A stretch of DNA of 64,000 nucleotides from Candidatus Omnitrophota bacterium (GTDB lineage: Bacteria > Omnitrophota > Omnitrophia > Omnitrophales > JACROU01): contig JAJDCD010000025.1 in NCBI GenBank assembly GCA_029261035.1, positions 66,926 through 130,925 of the forward strand, in the 5' to 3' direction. Numbering within the stretch: the stretch's first letter is position 1; each line of letters begins with the position of its first letter. The notes beneath the pieces were generated by a model. It saw nothing but the letters and a program-made list of their open reading frames with translations, was not told the DNA's origin and did not search any database. The position numbers were made by a program, and so were the translations under genes. Of this stretch, positions 19,661-28,567 are shown piece after piece.

Positions 19661-20548
19661 CTATTTTGCTTTAATGGCCTGTGTTAACGCTTTTTCCATA
19701 ACACGTACAGGCGCTTTTTTACCCGTCCAAATCTCAAAACTTTTACTCCCCTGATGGAGTAACATTCCCAATCCATTCAGAGTCTTCCACCCTTTTGTTT
19801 TTGCGATCTTTAAAAAGGGTGTCTCTGAAGGAGAGTAAATCAAATCAACAACACACTGACTCTTCTTAGCCTTTGGAAAGAATTTATTTTGAACAATGGT
19901 TTTGTCTGAAGCTTTCAAACCAAGAGAAGTTGTATTTACAATAAGATCGTTATTAGAAATTAATTCTTTCAGCGAAGTATTATTTTTTAAAGCTCCTGAA
20001 ACAAATTCTACTTTTTTGAAACGCATTCCAAAATCACGGCAAAGCGTGCGCGCTTTACTAACCGTTCTATTAAGAATTGTTATTTGCTTAACTCCAGCTT
20101 CGCAAAGACCATAGACACAAGCCCTACTAGCTCCGCCCGCTCCTAATACTAAAACCGATTTCCCCTTAGACTTCCATTTCAAACCTTCACTCAAAGATTG
20201 CATAAAACCATAAGCATCCGTGTTATAACCCCACAGTTGTGAGTTCTTCTTTACTACGGTATTTACAGCTCCTATAGCCTTAGCTTCTGGACTAATTCTG
20301 TCTAAATAAGGCATCACCGTTTGCTTATAAGGTACGGTTAAATTAAAACCATACAACAACAGTTGCTTCTTCTTAGACATTACTTTCTTAAAATAAGTCT
20401 CTTTGAGTTCTATCGGAACATAAAATCGAGAAAGTTTAAGGGAGTCAAACCCAGCTTGATGCATCGGAGGAGATAACGTGTGTTTTAGAGGGAAGCCAAA
20501 AACACCATAAAGTTGAATTTTTCCTGGCGCTATGCGTTGTGGTTTCAT
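19661..20548 (-). CDS. aroE: Shikimate 5-dehydrogenase
   Basis: 295 aa. Motifs GFPLKHTLSPPMH, GYNTD and VLGAGGASRA. Confidence 0.8.
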   Translation of the reverse strand: MKPQRIAPGKIQLYGVFGFPLKHTLSPPMHQAGFDSLKLSRFYVPIELKETYFKKVMSKKKQLLLYGFNLTVPYKQTVMPYLDRISPEAKAIGAVNTVVKKNSQLWGYNTDAYGFMQSLSEGLKWKSKGKSVLVLGAGGASRACVYGLCEAGVKQITILNRTVSKARTLCRDFGMRFKKVEFVSGALKNNTSLKELISNNDLIVNTTSLGLKASDKTIVQNKFFPKAKKSQCVVDLIYSPSETPFLKIAKTKGWKTLNGLGMLLHQGSKSFEIWTGKKAPVRVMEKALTQAIKAK

Positions 20549-20603
20549 AAAAGACCTACTTAATTGAGAGCCGTTAGCACAAAGGTGACTAGAAAAACTT
20601 TTA

Positions 20604-22151
20604 TTAAATCAATGAAGACTTAGCTGGTTTCTTAGCAATATGAGCTGCAATTTTATTCAAAGCTCTTAAATACGCCTGAACACTTGCTTCAATCACATCG
20701 GTACTGGATCCACGTCCAATAACTTCTTTACCTTGAACCTTCATCTTGACTCGAACTTCACCCAAAGCATCTTTGCCGCTGGTCACAGAATTGATGGAAT
20801 AGTCCGTTAATTTAACCTTAATTCCAGTAATTTTTTCCAATGCTCGATAACAAGCATCTACAGGGCCGTCCCCTTTTGAGCTGCCCGATTTCAACTTTCC
20901 ATGAACTCTCAATTTAATTTTTGCTTTGGGGGTCTCATCTGTAGCAATTCTTGTTTCCATATGAACCAATTCCCAAACTGTAGGAATATCAGAAACAACA
21001 TCTTCAACTAAACGTTCGACATCTTCGTCAAAAACATACTTCTTTTTATCTGCAAGAATTTTAAACTTCTCAAACACACCATCCAACTCTACGTCTGTCA
21101 ATTCAAAGCCCAACGTTGTCAAACGATCTCTAAACGCATGTCGTCCAGAGTGTTTCCCCAAGACCAACTCACTCCCCTTTAAACCTACAGTTTGAGGATC
21201 AATAATTTCGTACGTTTGTCTCATTTTCAACACACCATCTTGATGAATCCCGGATTCATGACTAAACGCATTTCGACCCACAATGGCTTTATTCGGCTGA
21301 ACAATCATTCCTGTTAAATGAGAAACCATCTTAGAACTTTTAATAATCTCGTCTAATTTAATATCTGTATAACAATCCATAATATCTTTACGCGTATCAA
21401 TTGCCATCACCAACTCTTCCAAGGATGCATTTCCAGCACGCTCACCAATACCATTAACAGTACACTCCACCTGATTAGCTCCTGCTGAAACAGCCGCCAA
21501 CGAATTAGCCACGGCCAACCCTAAGTCATTATGACAATGAACAGACAAAACCACTTTTTTGCCTAATTGAGGATTGTTTTTAATCAAATATTTAATTAAA
21601 TCTTTAAACTCTTGCGGCACCGTGTATCCAACAGTATCTGGAATATTAATAGAAGTGGCACCTGCTTTAATTGCCGCCTTAACCATGTCTGATAAAAATT
21701 TTCTCTCCGTTCGGCAAGCATCTTCAGGAGAAAATTCGATCTGATCGAAATCTTTTCTACAATCTTTAATATATTTTGTAGTTAAATCAAATAACTCTTG
21801 TTTGGTTTTATGAAGCTTATGCTCACGATGGATTTGACTGGTCGCCAAAAAAACATGAATCCTTTTATTTTGTGCAAACTTCAAAGCCTTTTTTACAGCC
21901 TCAACATCCTTCTTTACCATACGAGCCAACCCACAAATAACAGGTTTTTTTACCTGTTTAGAGATCTTCTGAATAGCTTCAACCTCACCAGGAGAAGCTG
22001 CTGGAAAACCCGCCTCAATAACATCTACATTCAATCGCTCTAACTGAAGAGCCACCTTTAGCTTCTCAGCTGGAGTCAAAGATGCCCCAGGAGACTGCTC
22101 ACCATCTCGTAACGTAGTGTCAAAAATATGTATTTTTCTCTTCTTCTTCAT
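20604..22151 (-). CDS. leuA: 2-isopropylmalate synthase
   Basis: 515 aa. Motif IFDTTLRDGEQSPGASLT. It has a HxH metal site and a C-terminal LeuA dimerisation domain. Confidence 0.85.
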   Translation of the reverse strand: MKKKRKIHIFDTTLRDGEQSPGASLTPAEKLKVALQLERLNVDVIEAGFPAASPGEVEAIQKISKQVKKPVICGLARMVKKDVEAVKKALKFAQNKRIHVFLATSQIHREHKLHKTKQELFDLTTKYIKDCRKDFDQIEFSPEDACRTERKFLSDMVKAAIKAGATSINIPDTVGYTVPQEFKDLIKYLIKNNPQLGKKVVLSVHCHNDLGLAVANSLAAVSAGANQVECTVNGIGERAGNASLEELVMAIDTRKDIMDCYTDIKLDEIIKSSKMVSHLTGMIVQPNKAIVGRNAFSHESGIHQDGVLKMRQTYEIIDPQTVGLKGSELVLGKHSGRHAFRDRLTTLGFELTDVELDGVFEKFKILADKKKYVFDEDVERLVEDVVSDIPTVWELVHMETRIATDETPKAKIKLRVHGKLKSGSSKGDGPVDACYRALEKITGIKVKLTDYSINSVTSGKDALGEVRVKMKVQGKEVIGRGSSTDVIEASVQAYLRALNKIAAHIAKKPAKSSLI

Positions 22152-22254
22152 AAAAAACTTCTCTCTATTAAAATTTAAACTTCTTCCTATAGCATCTATT
22201 TTTAGACCACAGCAATATACCTAAAACATATTGCGCGAAGCACCTCTACCAAAC

Positions 22255-22285
22255 AAAAAAGCTTAGCTCGACGCTAAGCTTTTTT
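22255..22285 (-). terminator. Intrinsic-terminator-like hairpin between ilvC and leuA
   Basis: The sequence is aaaaaa agcttagc tcgac gctaagc ttttt. It is a perfect stem with A- and T-runs on both sides, so it could act bidirectionally. Confidence 0.45.
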
Positions 22286-22330
22286 ACATTACTCCTCCTA
22301 CCCATAATTTAAGTTCCTAGGAGGAGGAAA

Positions 22331-22394
22331 GATTATCTTCCGCCGCGAGTTGCGCAGGCAGAAGGCCGAGCATGTCTGAGCGTCGGAAGGTAAT
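22331..22394. repeat. Second copy of the GC-rich conserved core with a covarying closing stem
   Basis: The core ccgcgagttgcgcaggcagaaggccgagcatgtctgagcg is flanked by gattatcttccg / cggaaggtaatc, matching at 11 of 12 positions. The core is the same as at 3137-3176 except for a 3-nt variable patch. Confidence 0.4.
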
Positions 22395-22426
22395 CTTGTC
22401 CGACGACGACCCTTGCTTAAATTCCC

Positions 22427-23458
22427 CTACCTCTTCCCAACACTTAAAGCACTTTGAGAACCAGAACTTGACTGAATCCAAGGCATCATTTTTCTTAACT
22501 CATCCCCCACCTTTTCAATCAAATGGCTATCATCACGATCTCTCATTTTATTATAATTACTACGATCTGTTTTATTCTCATTCATCCATTCTTCAGCAAA
22601 CTTTCCTGATTGAATTTCAGAAAGAATATTTTTCATTTCTTTTCTTGTCTCTTCAGTAATAATTCTGCGACCACGAGAATAATCTCCGTATTCTGCAGTA
22701 TCAGAAACTCGACGATGCATCCCTTTAATTCCGGAAACGAAAATAGCATCCGTAATCAATTTCAATTCATGAAGACATTCGAAATAAGCAATTTCAGGTT
22801 GGTACCCTGCATCCACCAAAGTTTCAAATCCAGCACGAATCAATTCACTGGTACCACCACAAAGAACCGCTTGCTCACCGAACAAATCAGTTTCTGTTTC
22901 TTCTTTAAATGTAGTTTCGATCACACCCGCTCTTGTTCCACCAATACCTTTAGCATGAGCTAGTGCAAGTTGCTTCGCATTTCCTGTAAAATCTTGCTGA
23001 ACCGCGATCAAACAAGGAACCCCTTTACCTTCCATATATTGAGAACGCACTAATGCACCTGGTCCTTTTGGAGCTACTAGAAAAATATCCACATTTTCAG
23101 GAGCCTTGATATATCCAAAATGAATATTAAAACCGTGAGAAAAAATCAACCCCTTACCTTCAGATAAGTGCTGTTTAATCTCATTTTCATACACTTCTAA
23201 CTGAATATGATCCTGAGTCAAAATCTGAATGTAATCCGCCTGCTCCGCTGCTTCAGCTGCAGTTACAGGTTGAAAACCATCTTTTACTGCTTGATCAAAA
23301 CTAGGGCTTGGTTGTCTTTGTCCAATAACAACATCCACACCACTATCTTTTAAATTTAAAGCTTGGCCTCTTCCTTGAATGCCATATCCAATAATTGCTA
23401 CTTTTTTTCCTTTTAACAGATTCAAATCTGCATCTTGATCGTAATACATCTTAGCCAT
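22427..23458 (-). CDS. ilvC: Ketol-acid reductoisomerase
   Basis: 343 aa. Motif [24 protein letters not shown]. Confidence 0.9.
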   Translation of the reverse strand: MAKMYYDQDADLNLLKGKKVAIIGYGIQGRGQALNLKDSGVDVVIGQRQPSPSFDQAVKDGFQPVTAAEAAEQADYIQILTQDHIQLEVYENEIKQHLSEGKGLIFSHGFNIHFGYIKAPENVDIFLVAPKGPGALVRSQYMEGKGVPCLIAVQQDFTGNAKQLALAHAKGIGGTRAGVIETTFKEETETDLFGEQAVLCGGTSELIRAGFETLVDAGYQPEIAYFECLHELKLITDAIFVSGIKGMHRRVSDTAEYGDYSRGRRIITEETRKEMKNILSEIQSGKFAEEWMNENKTDRSNYNKMRDRDDSHLIEKVGDELRKMMPWIQSSSGSQSALSVGKR

Positions 23459-23493
23459 GATACTTTTCCTTTCGGTTTTAAACTCTAAAGTCT

Positions 23494-23528
23494 AAAAAAG
23501 GGGTCACTCGATTTACGAACGACCCCTT
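23494..23528 (-). terminator. Terminator- or attenuator-like hairpin between ilvH and ilvC
   Basis: The stem aaggggtc / gacccctt has a 15-nt loop. On the minus strand it is followed by TTTTTT, the complement of the A-run at 23494-23499. Confidence 0.4.
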
Positions 23529-23569
23529 AGTCAAAATAAAAACAAGTTCTTAAAAGCTTAGCTCTCGTC

Positions 23570-24198
23570 TTACTTTTTAGCTTTCGCTACTTTTTTCTTA
23601 GCTTTAGATTTCTTTTTAACTGTTTTTTTAGCTGTCTTTTTTTTGACAACCTTTTTCTTACTCGTCTTACTTTTTGCTTTAGGGGCTTTTTTTAATTTTG
23701 AATTACTTGTCTTCTCAATATCTGAATTACGACTAATAGCTAAAAGCCCAGTTCTAACCACTTCGACCAAACCATAAGGTTCTAGTAATTCAAGCATCGC
23801 GTCCACTTTACCTTCAGTTCCTGTGATCTCAACAGTAACAAGTCTAGCATTCACATCTACAATTTTTGCTCTAAACGTATTAACTACTTGAATCACTTCA
23901 GAGCGAAGTGAGGCAGGTACTTTTAATTTCGCAATCACGAGTTCACGCGTGATTCGATCTTGTTCAGGCAAATCAAAAACTTTAATTACATCCACGAGTC
24001 GGTTCAATTGTTTTACAACCTGATCCAAAACACGATCATCACCGCGCGCCACAATAGTCATACGAGAAACACTAGGATCTTCCGTTTCTCCTACAGCTAA
24101 GCTATCAATATTAAAACCTCTGGCAGAAAACAAACCAGAAACAGATGCAAGAACACCAAAATGATTTTCAACTAAAACCGAGATCACATGCCTCATAA
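23570..24198 (-). CDS. ilvH: Acetolactate synthase small (regulatory) subunit with a C-terminal Lys/Ala-rich histone-H1-like tail
   Basis: The ACT domain begins MRHVISVLVENHFGVLASVSGLF. The preferred start is ATG 24198, which has an AAGGAG RBS 5 nt upstream. The ORF-track start at 24274 overlaps ilvB and adds a non-conserved 26 aa. The tail is KKAPKAKSKTSKKKVVKKKTAKKTVKKKSKAKKKVAKAKK. Confidence 0.8.
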
Positions 24199-24257
24199 AA
24201 ACTCCTTTGTCAAAGCTATAAGTCCTTGGCAACAAATGCCAAAACCCTAAGCTAAAT

Positions 24258-25946
24258 TTAAGCCATCCCCTCAATCATTTCTGAGTTGGACTTTCCTGCA
24301 GGAACCATTGGGTACACATTGTCTTCTTGTTGAACTTTAAAATGAAGAATCACAGGTCCTTTATATTCTTGAGCCTGCTTAATTATTTCAGGAACTTCAT
24401 GTTTCTTTGTTGCTCTTAAACCCAAAGCACCATAAGACTCCGCTAACTTAACATAATCGGGTCCTGGGATATAAGAATAAGAATACCGTTTATCATAAAA
24501 AATCTCCTGCCATTGCCGAACCATACCCAAATAGTTATTATCCAAAATCGCAATTTTAACAGGTAGTTCATGATCCACTGCTGTGGCCAATTCCTGAATA
24601 TTCATTTGGATACTACCATCTCCAGCAATACACCAAACATCTTTACCTGGCTTGGCAAAAGCAGCTCCAATCGCTGCCGGAAATCCAAATCCCATAGTCC
24701 CCAAACCACCACTCGTTACGTTTGTTCGCGGCTTCGTATAGTTCCAAAATTGAGCGGTCCACATTTGATGCTGACCCACCTCTGTCGTAACGACAGTTCC
24801 TCGATCACAACGTTTCGTAATCTCTTCAATCACATACTGAGATTTTAACTGTTCCTTTTCTCCTTGCGTATACTTTAGAGGATGCTTTGTCTTCCATTCA
24901 TTCAATTGCTTATGCCAAGGATTAATCTTTAGTTTTTTAATCTTTTTGGTCATCTCACTTAAGATTTGCTTCGCATCCCCAATAACATAACAATCTACTT
25001 CTACGTTCTTAGAAACAGAAGACGGATCAATGTCTAAGTGAATCTTTTTTGCTTTAGTTGCAAACTCAGAAACTTTCCCAGTAACACGGTCATCGAAACG
25101 GGCTCCAACAGCAATTAAACAATCACTTTCTTGAACTGCATGATTTGCGTAATATGTTCCATGCATACCTAACATTTTCAAAGAAAGAGTATCATCTTCA
25201 GGGTAAGCTCCTAATCCTAAAAGAGTCGTCGTAACAGGAATATTCGATTTCTTTGCAAAGTTATACAACTCTTTAGCTGCATTTGAAATAATAGCACCAT
25301 GACCTACGTAAAGAACGGGCTTCTTACTTTTTTGAATAATTTCTATTGCCGCATCTACATTTTGAGGGTTCGCCGCTTTAGGTGGATTGTATCCACGAAT
25401 GCTCACCTTTTTAGGATATTCAAACTCAGCAACATGCTGACTAATATCGATAGGAAAATCAATCAAAACAGGACCAGGCCTTCCCGTTTTAGCAATATAA
25501 AAAGCTTCTTTAGTAATTCTAGCAATATCTTTTACATCTTTAATTAAATAATTATGTTTTGTAATTGGACGTGTAATGCCAATAACATCCGCTTCTTGAA
25601 AAGCATCATTGCCAATTAAATAACTACGAACTTGTCCTGTAATAGCAACCATAGGAGCCGAGTCCATAAAAGCGGTGGCAATACCTGTAACTAAATTAGT
25701 TGCTCCAGGTCCAGAAGTTGCCATAACAACACCTGGTTTCCCTGTCGTTCTACCAACTGCGTCAGCCATGTGGGACGCACCTTGTTCATGACGCACTAAA
25801 ACCAATTTGATATCCGCATCATACAAAGCATCAAACACAGGAAGAATCGCTCCTCCAGGATATCCAAATATAACGTCTACACCTTCTTTTTTAATGCACT
25901 CAACCAAAATCTGCGCACCCGTCATCTTCATAACTAAATTCTCCAA
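24258..25946 (-). CDS. ilvB: Acetolactate synthase large (catalytic) subunit
   Basis: ThDP and FAD motifs GYPGGAILPVFDAL and GDGSIQMNIQEL. The likely true start is ATG 25931 (MKMTGAQ), which has a GGAG RBS. Confidence 0.85.
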   Translation of the reverse strand: MENLVMKMTGAQILVECIKKEGVDVIFGYPGGAILPVFDALYDADIKLVLVRHEQGASHMADAVGRTTGKPGVVMATSGPGATNLVTGIATAFMDSAPMVAITGQVRSYLIGNDAFQEADVIGITRPITKHNYLIKDVKDIARITKEAFYIAKTGRPGPVLIDFPIDISQHVAEFEYPKKVSIRGYNPPKAANPQNVDAAIEIIQKSKKPVLYVGHGAIISNAAKELYNFAKKSNIPVTTTLLGLGAYPEDDTLSLKMLGMHGTYYANHAVQESDCLIAVGARFDDRVTGKVSEFATKAKKIHLDIDPSSVSKNVEVDCYVIGDAKQILSEMTKKIKKLKINPWHKQLNEWKTKHPLKYTQGEKEQLKSQYVIEEITKRCDRGTVVTTEVGQHQMWTAQFWNYTKPRTNVTSGGLGTMGFGFPAAIGAAFAKPGKDVWCIAGDGSIQMNIQELATAVDHELPVKIAILDNNYLGMVRQWQEIFYDKRYSYSYIPGPDYVKLAESYGALGLRATKKHEVPEIIKQAQEYKGPVILHFKVQQEDNVYPMVPAGKSNSEMIEGMA

Positions 25947-26189
25947 TCCGTAATATGAATAAATAAAAGTCTTTAAATTATCGTCAAAAAATGTTTTCCA
26001 TTAAGAAATTGTTTAACTTAGCAGAAAAGTGACACTCCTAAGGAGCCTATAAACTAGCAAGACATAAACGATGATTATAACAATGGTGTTATCATCTGTC
26101 TATAGCTTTCAGCTATCAACCGTTAGCTATTAGCTTTAGGTAATTTAAGTCCTATAACCAAAATTTTGCGGTCTCTTTAGAGAAAAGGT

Positions 26190-26223
26190 GTCATTCCCGA
26201 ATTCCTTAGTCGGGAATCCATGC
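26190..26223. repeat. Hairpin repeat of the gtcattcccga-N8-tcgggaatccatg family, copy 1
   Basis: 8-bp stem attcccga / tcgggaat. Same family as 63941-63973. Confidence 0.5.
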
Positions 26224-26285
26224 TATATAAATTTGAATAAAAAAAGGATCCTCGACACAAACATTCGGGGATGACAATTGGGAAT

Positions 26286-26327
26286 GTCATTGCAATGCAT
26301 TGGACTTTGAGCCGTGGCAATCTCAGA
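26286..26327. repeat. Solo copy of the 42-nt gtcattgcNNN...gccgtggcaatctcag element
   Basis: It has the same ends as the inverted repeats bracketing the GIY-YIG gene at 49265-49306 and 49612-49653. Confidence 0.5.
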
Positions 26328-26373
26328 CAAATGAACCTTTTCCCTAAAAGCTAAAGGCTATAATCTAATAGAC

Positions 26374-28383
26374 TTACTTCAGAACAACTTCCCTAGCCTT
26401 CTCTACCTTTAATTCGTCTTTAACAAGCTCCACGTAGGCACGTAAAACTTCAGCAACTGAGGTTGCTTGCGCTGCTCCTCCTCTAGGATAATGGATCTTA
26501 TTTCCATCAAAAACTTCCGAAATATACCCTAAACCAGCATCCTCCAAATGTTCCAAAATAGCATCCAACTGCTTTAACATTCTTCGTTTGATGGTTTTTG
26601 TTCTTCCATAAGCTCTCAAGGATCCAAAAATATAGGCCCCCATTAACCAAGGAAAAACACACCCCTGATGATATATTCGATCTCGCTCAAAAACATCCCC
26701 AATATAAACCCCTTTATATCTAGGATCTTCAGGCGACAAGCTTCTTAATCCATAGGGAGTTAAAAGATGTTCATCTATTTTTTTCATTACCGGTTTCCAA
26801 CGGCTAGTGGAAAGTACCGGAAAAGGAAGACTAATAGAAAATACCTGATTCGGTCGAATCGTATCATCGTTTTCTTTTTCTCCTACGACATCATACAAAC
26901 AAGTTTCTTTTCTATTCCAAAAACGTTCATTGAAATTTTCCTTGGTATTAAATGCAAAATCCCGATAAACACCGCTCTCTTTTTCATCTTTGAGTAAATT
27001 TGAAAAAAACTCCATAATTTTTAATGCGTTGTACCACAACGCATTTACTTCTACCGTTTTTCCATAACGACTGGTTACAGGTTCATTCCCCACAGCAGCA
27101 TCCATCCATGTTAAACGTGTATGTTTATTCCCAGCTTTTAACAAAAAGTCTTGATCCATCTTAATATCATCCCGAGCCCCCTCAATGTAAAATTTGATAA
27201 TCTTTTTCATGGCGGGATAAAGTTTCTTAGAAACTGTCAGATCATCCTCTGTTAATTGGTAATACTCATAGACTGCATTCACAAACCACAAAGAAGCATC
27301 CACAGAATGATAGTCGGGTGTTTCAGAATGGTCCGGGAAATAATTAGGAATCATTCCCTGACTCACATAACGCGTATAAGCTAACAACAACTCTTTCGCC
27401 TCTTCAATCCTTCCCGTAGACAATGTTAAACCAGGTAATGCTATAAAGGTATCTCTTCCCCAATCTTCAAATCTCGGATAACCCGCAATCACACGCTTCA
27501 ATCCATCTTTAGCTGTCACAATAAAACTTCTAGAATTCCTCCACAGTTGACGTATTGCAGGATTTGAAATTTCTTCAGGAATTTCATCTTGTTCTCTTCT
27601 AGCCTCTTCAACTAGTCGAATGCGTTTTAGATTTAATTCTTTTTTCTTTTTTGTCGTTGCCAACAAATACACTTCCGACTCATTCAAAAATGAATATATA
27701 AAGGAACACGGCTGAAATAAATCTTCCTCACTCTCAGAACCTCTTTCTTTTTCACCCACCAACTGTGCGTGATTAAACCACGAAAATGATTTGTCTAAAA
27801 TTACTGAGTTATGATAAAAATAAATTGGCGGCAGCTCTGAGTATGGGGATAAGGAAACAACACCTACCTGTGTCTTCAACTCAGAATTTAATTCCTTATT
27901 TTCAAAACCTAAACTATGAAATTCACGATAAGCTAACTTAGGTTTTACTTCTAATCTTATTTTTTCAGGGTCTCCTGACAGTAAACGATAAGTTATGACT
28001 GTTGAGTTTTCCCCTTGAATCATAAATACATTTTTTTCTATAAGAATGTCATCGATTTGAAATATAAAAGAAGGAAAAGGAGAAAGTAAAAATTTAGATA
28101 AGTGATTGTAACCTTTTGGAAAGACTTTGTCTCGATAGACATTGGTAGATAATTCATACTTCTTAGAACCCACAAAGACAACTTCTTCCAAATGACTTAA
28201 AAGAACGAAACGCGCTCTTGGTGGCTGAGTTGCAGCAACAAGCAAACCATGATATCTACTCGTATTTGCACCAATCAGTGTTGAGGACGCATAACCCCCA
28301 ATCCCATTGGTCTCAATCCACTCTCGTTTTATCGCCCAATCAAAATCTTTGCACGCTTCTTTATCAAAAGACAAAGTATTCAT
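26374..28383 (-). CDS. Glycogen debranching enzyme (amylo-alpha-1,6-glucosidase family, archaeal-type GDE)
   Basis: 669 aa. GDE_C-like segments include GAAQATSVAEVLRAY, NALWYNALK, WFVNAVYEYY and HQGCVFPWLMGAYI. Confidence 0.7.
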   Translation of the reverse strand: MNTLSFDKEACKDFDWAIKREWIETNGIGGYASSTLIGANTSRYHGLLVAATQPPRARFVLLSHLEEVVFVGSKKYELSTNVYRDKVFPKGYNHLSKFLLSPFPSFIFQIDDILIEKNVFMIQGENSTVITYRLLSGDPEKIRLEVKPKLAYREFHSLGFENKELNSELKTQVGVVSLSPYSELPPIYFYHNSVILDKSFSWFNHAQLVGEKERGSESEEDLFQPCSFIYSFLNESEVYLLATTKKKKELNLKRIRLVEEARREQDEIPEEISNPAIRQLWRNSRSFIVTAKDGLKRVIAGYPRFEDWGRDTFIALPGLTLSTGRIEEAKELLLAYTRYVSQGMIPNYFPDHSETPDYHSVDASLWFVNAVYEYYQLTEDDLTVSKKLYPAMKKIIKFYIEGARDDIKMDQDFLLKAGNKHTRLTWMDAAVGNEPVTSRYGKTVEVNALWYNALKIMEFFSNLLKDEKESGVYRDFAFNTKENFNERFWNRKETCLYDVVGEKENDDTIRPNQVFSISLPFPVLSTSRWKPVMKKIDEHLLTPYGLRSLSPEDPRYKGVYIGDVFERDRIYHQGCVFPWLMGAYIFGSLRAYGRTKTIKRRMLKQLDAILEHLEDAGLGYISEVFDGNKIHYPRGGAAQATSVAEVLRAYVELVKDELKVEKAREVVLK

Positions 28384-28423
28384 AATTCACCTCTGAAGTA
28401 AGTATAACAGAGAATAGAAGTCC

Positions 28424-28506
28424 AAGATCCTTCGCTTCACTCAGGATGACAAATAAAAAATAATTTAGAAGAAAGCTTGTCATCCTGGAGTATGGGGAAG
28501 GATCTT
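28424..28506. repeat. Nested inverted-repeat element with outer stem aagatccttc / gaaggatctt and inner stem caggatgacaa / ttgtcatcctg
   Basis: It lies immediately downstream of the giant gene. A related copy is at 54994-55060. Confidence 0.5.
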
Positions 28507-28567
28507 AAGAAATTATTGAATTTACCTTTTGTCAGAGATCTTGCAACAGACTGCTTCACTTCAACCT

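Noticed and set aside
22288-22300. AGGAGGAG-N4-ATG-TAA start-stop mini-ORF next to the ilvC-leuA hairpins
   Set aside because: It has the same sequence as one arm of the SD-sequestering hairpin and is probably coincidental. I cannot support it as a functional start-stop element without data.
23570-24274. ORF-track start of ilvH at 24274, which gives 234 aa and a 17-nt overlap with ilvB
   Set aside because: The N-terminal 26 aa are not ACT-like. An ATG at 24198 with AAGGAG 5 nt upstream gives the canonical N-terminus MRHVISVLVENHFGVL. I prefer the shorter start.
25947-26373. Search for an ilvB leader peptide rich in Ile, Val and Leu codons in the 425-bp upstream region
   Set aside because: Only trivial ORFs (MENIF*, MSC*) occur and there is no codon-rich leader. 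Classical attenuation is not supported.
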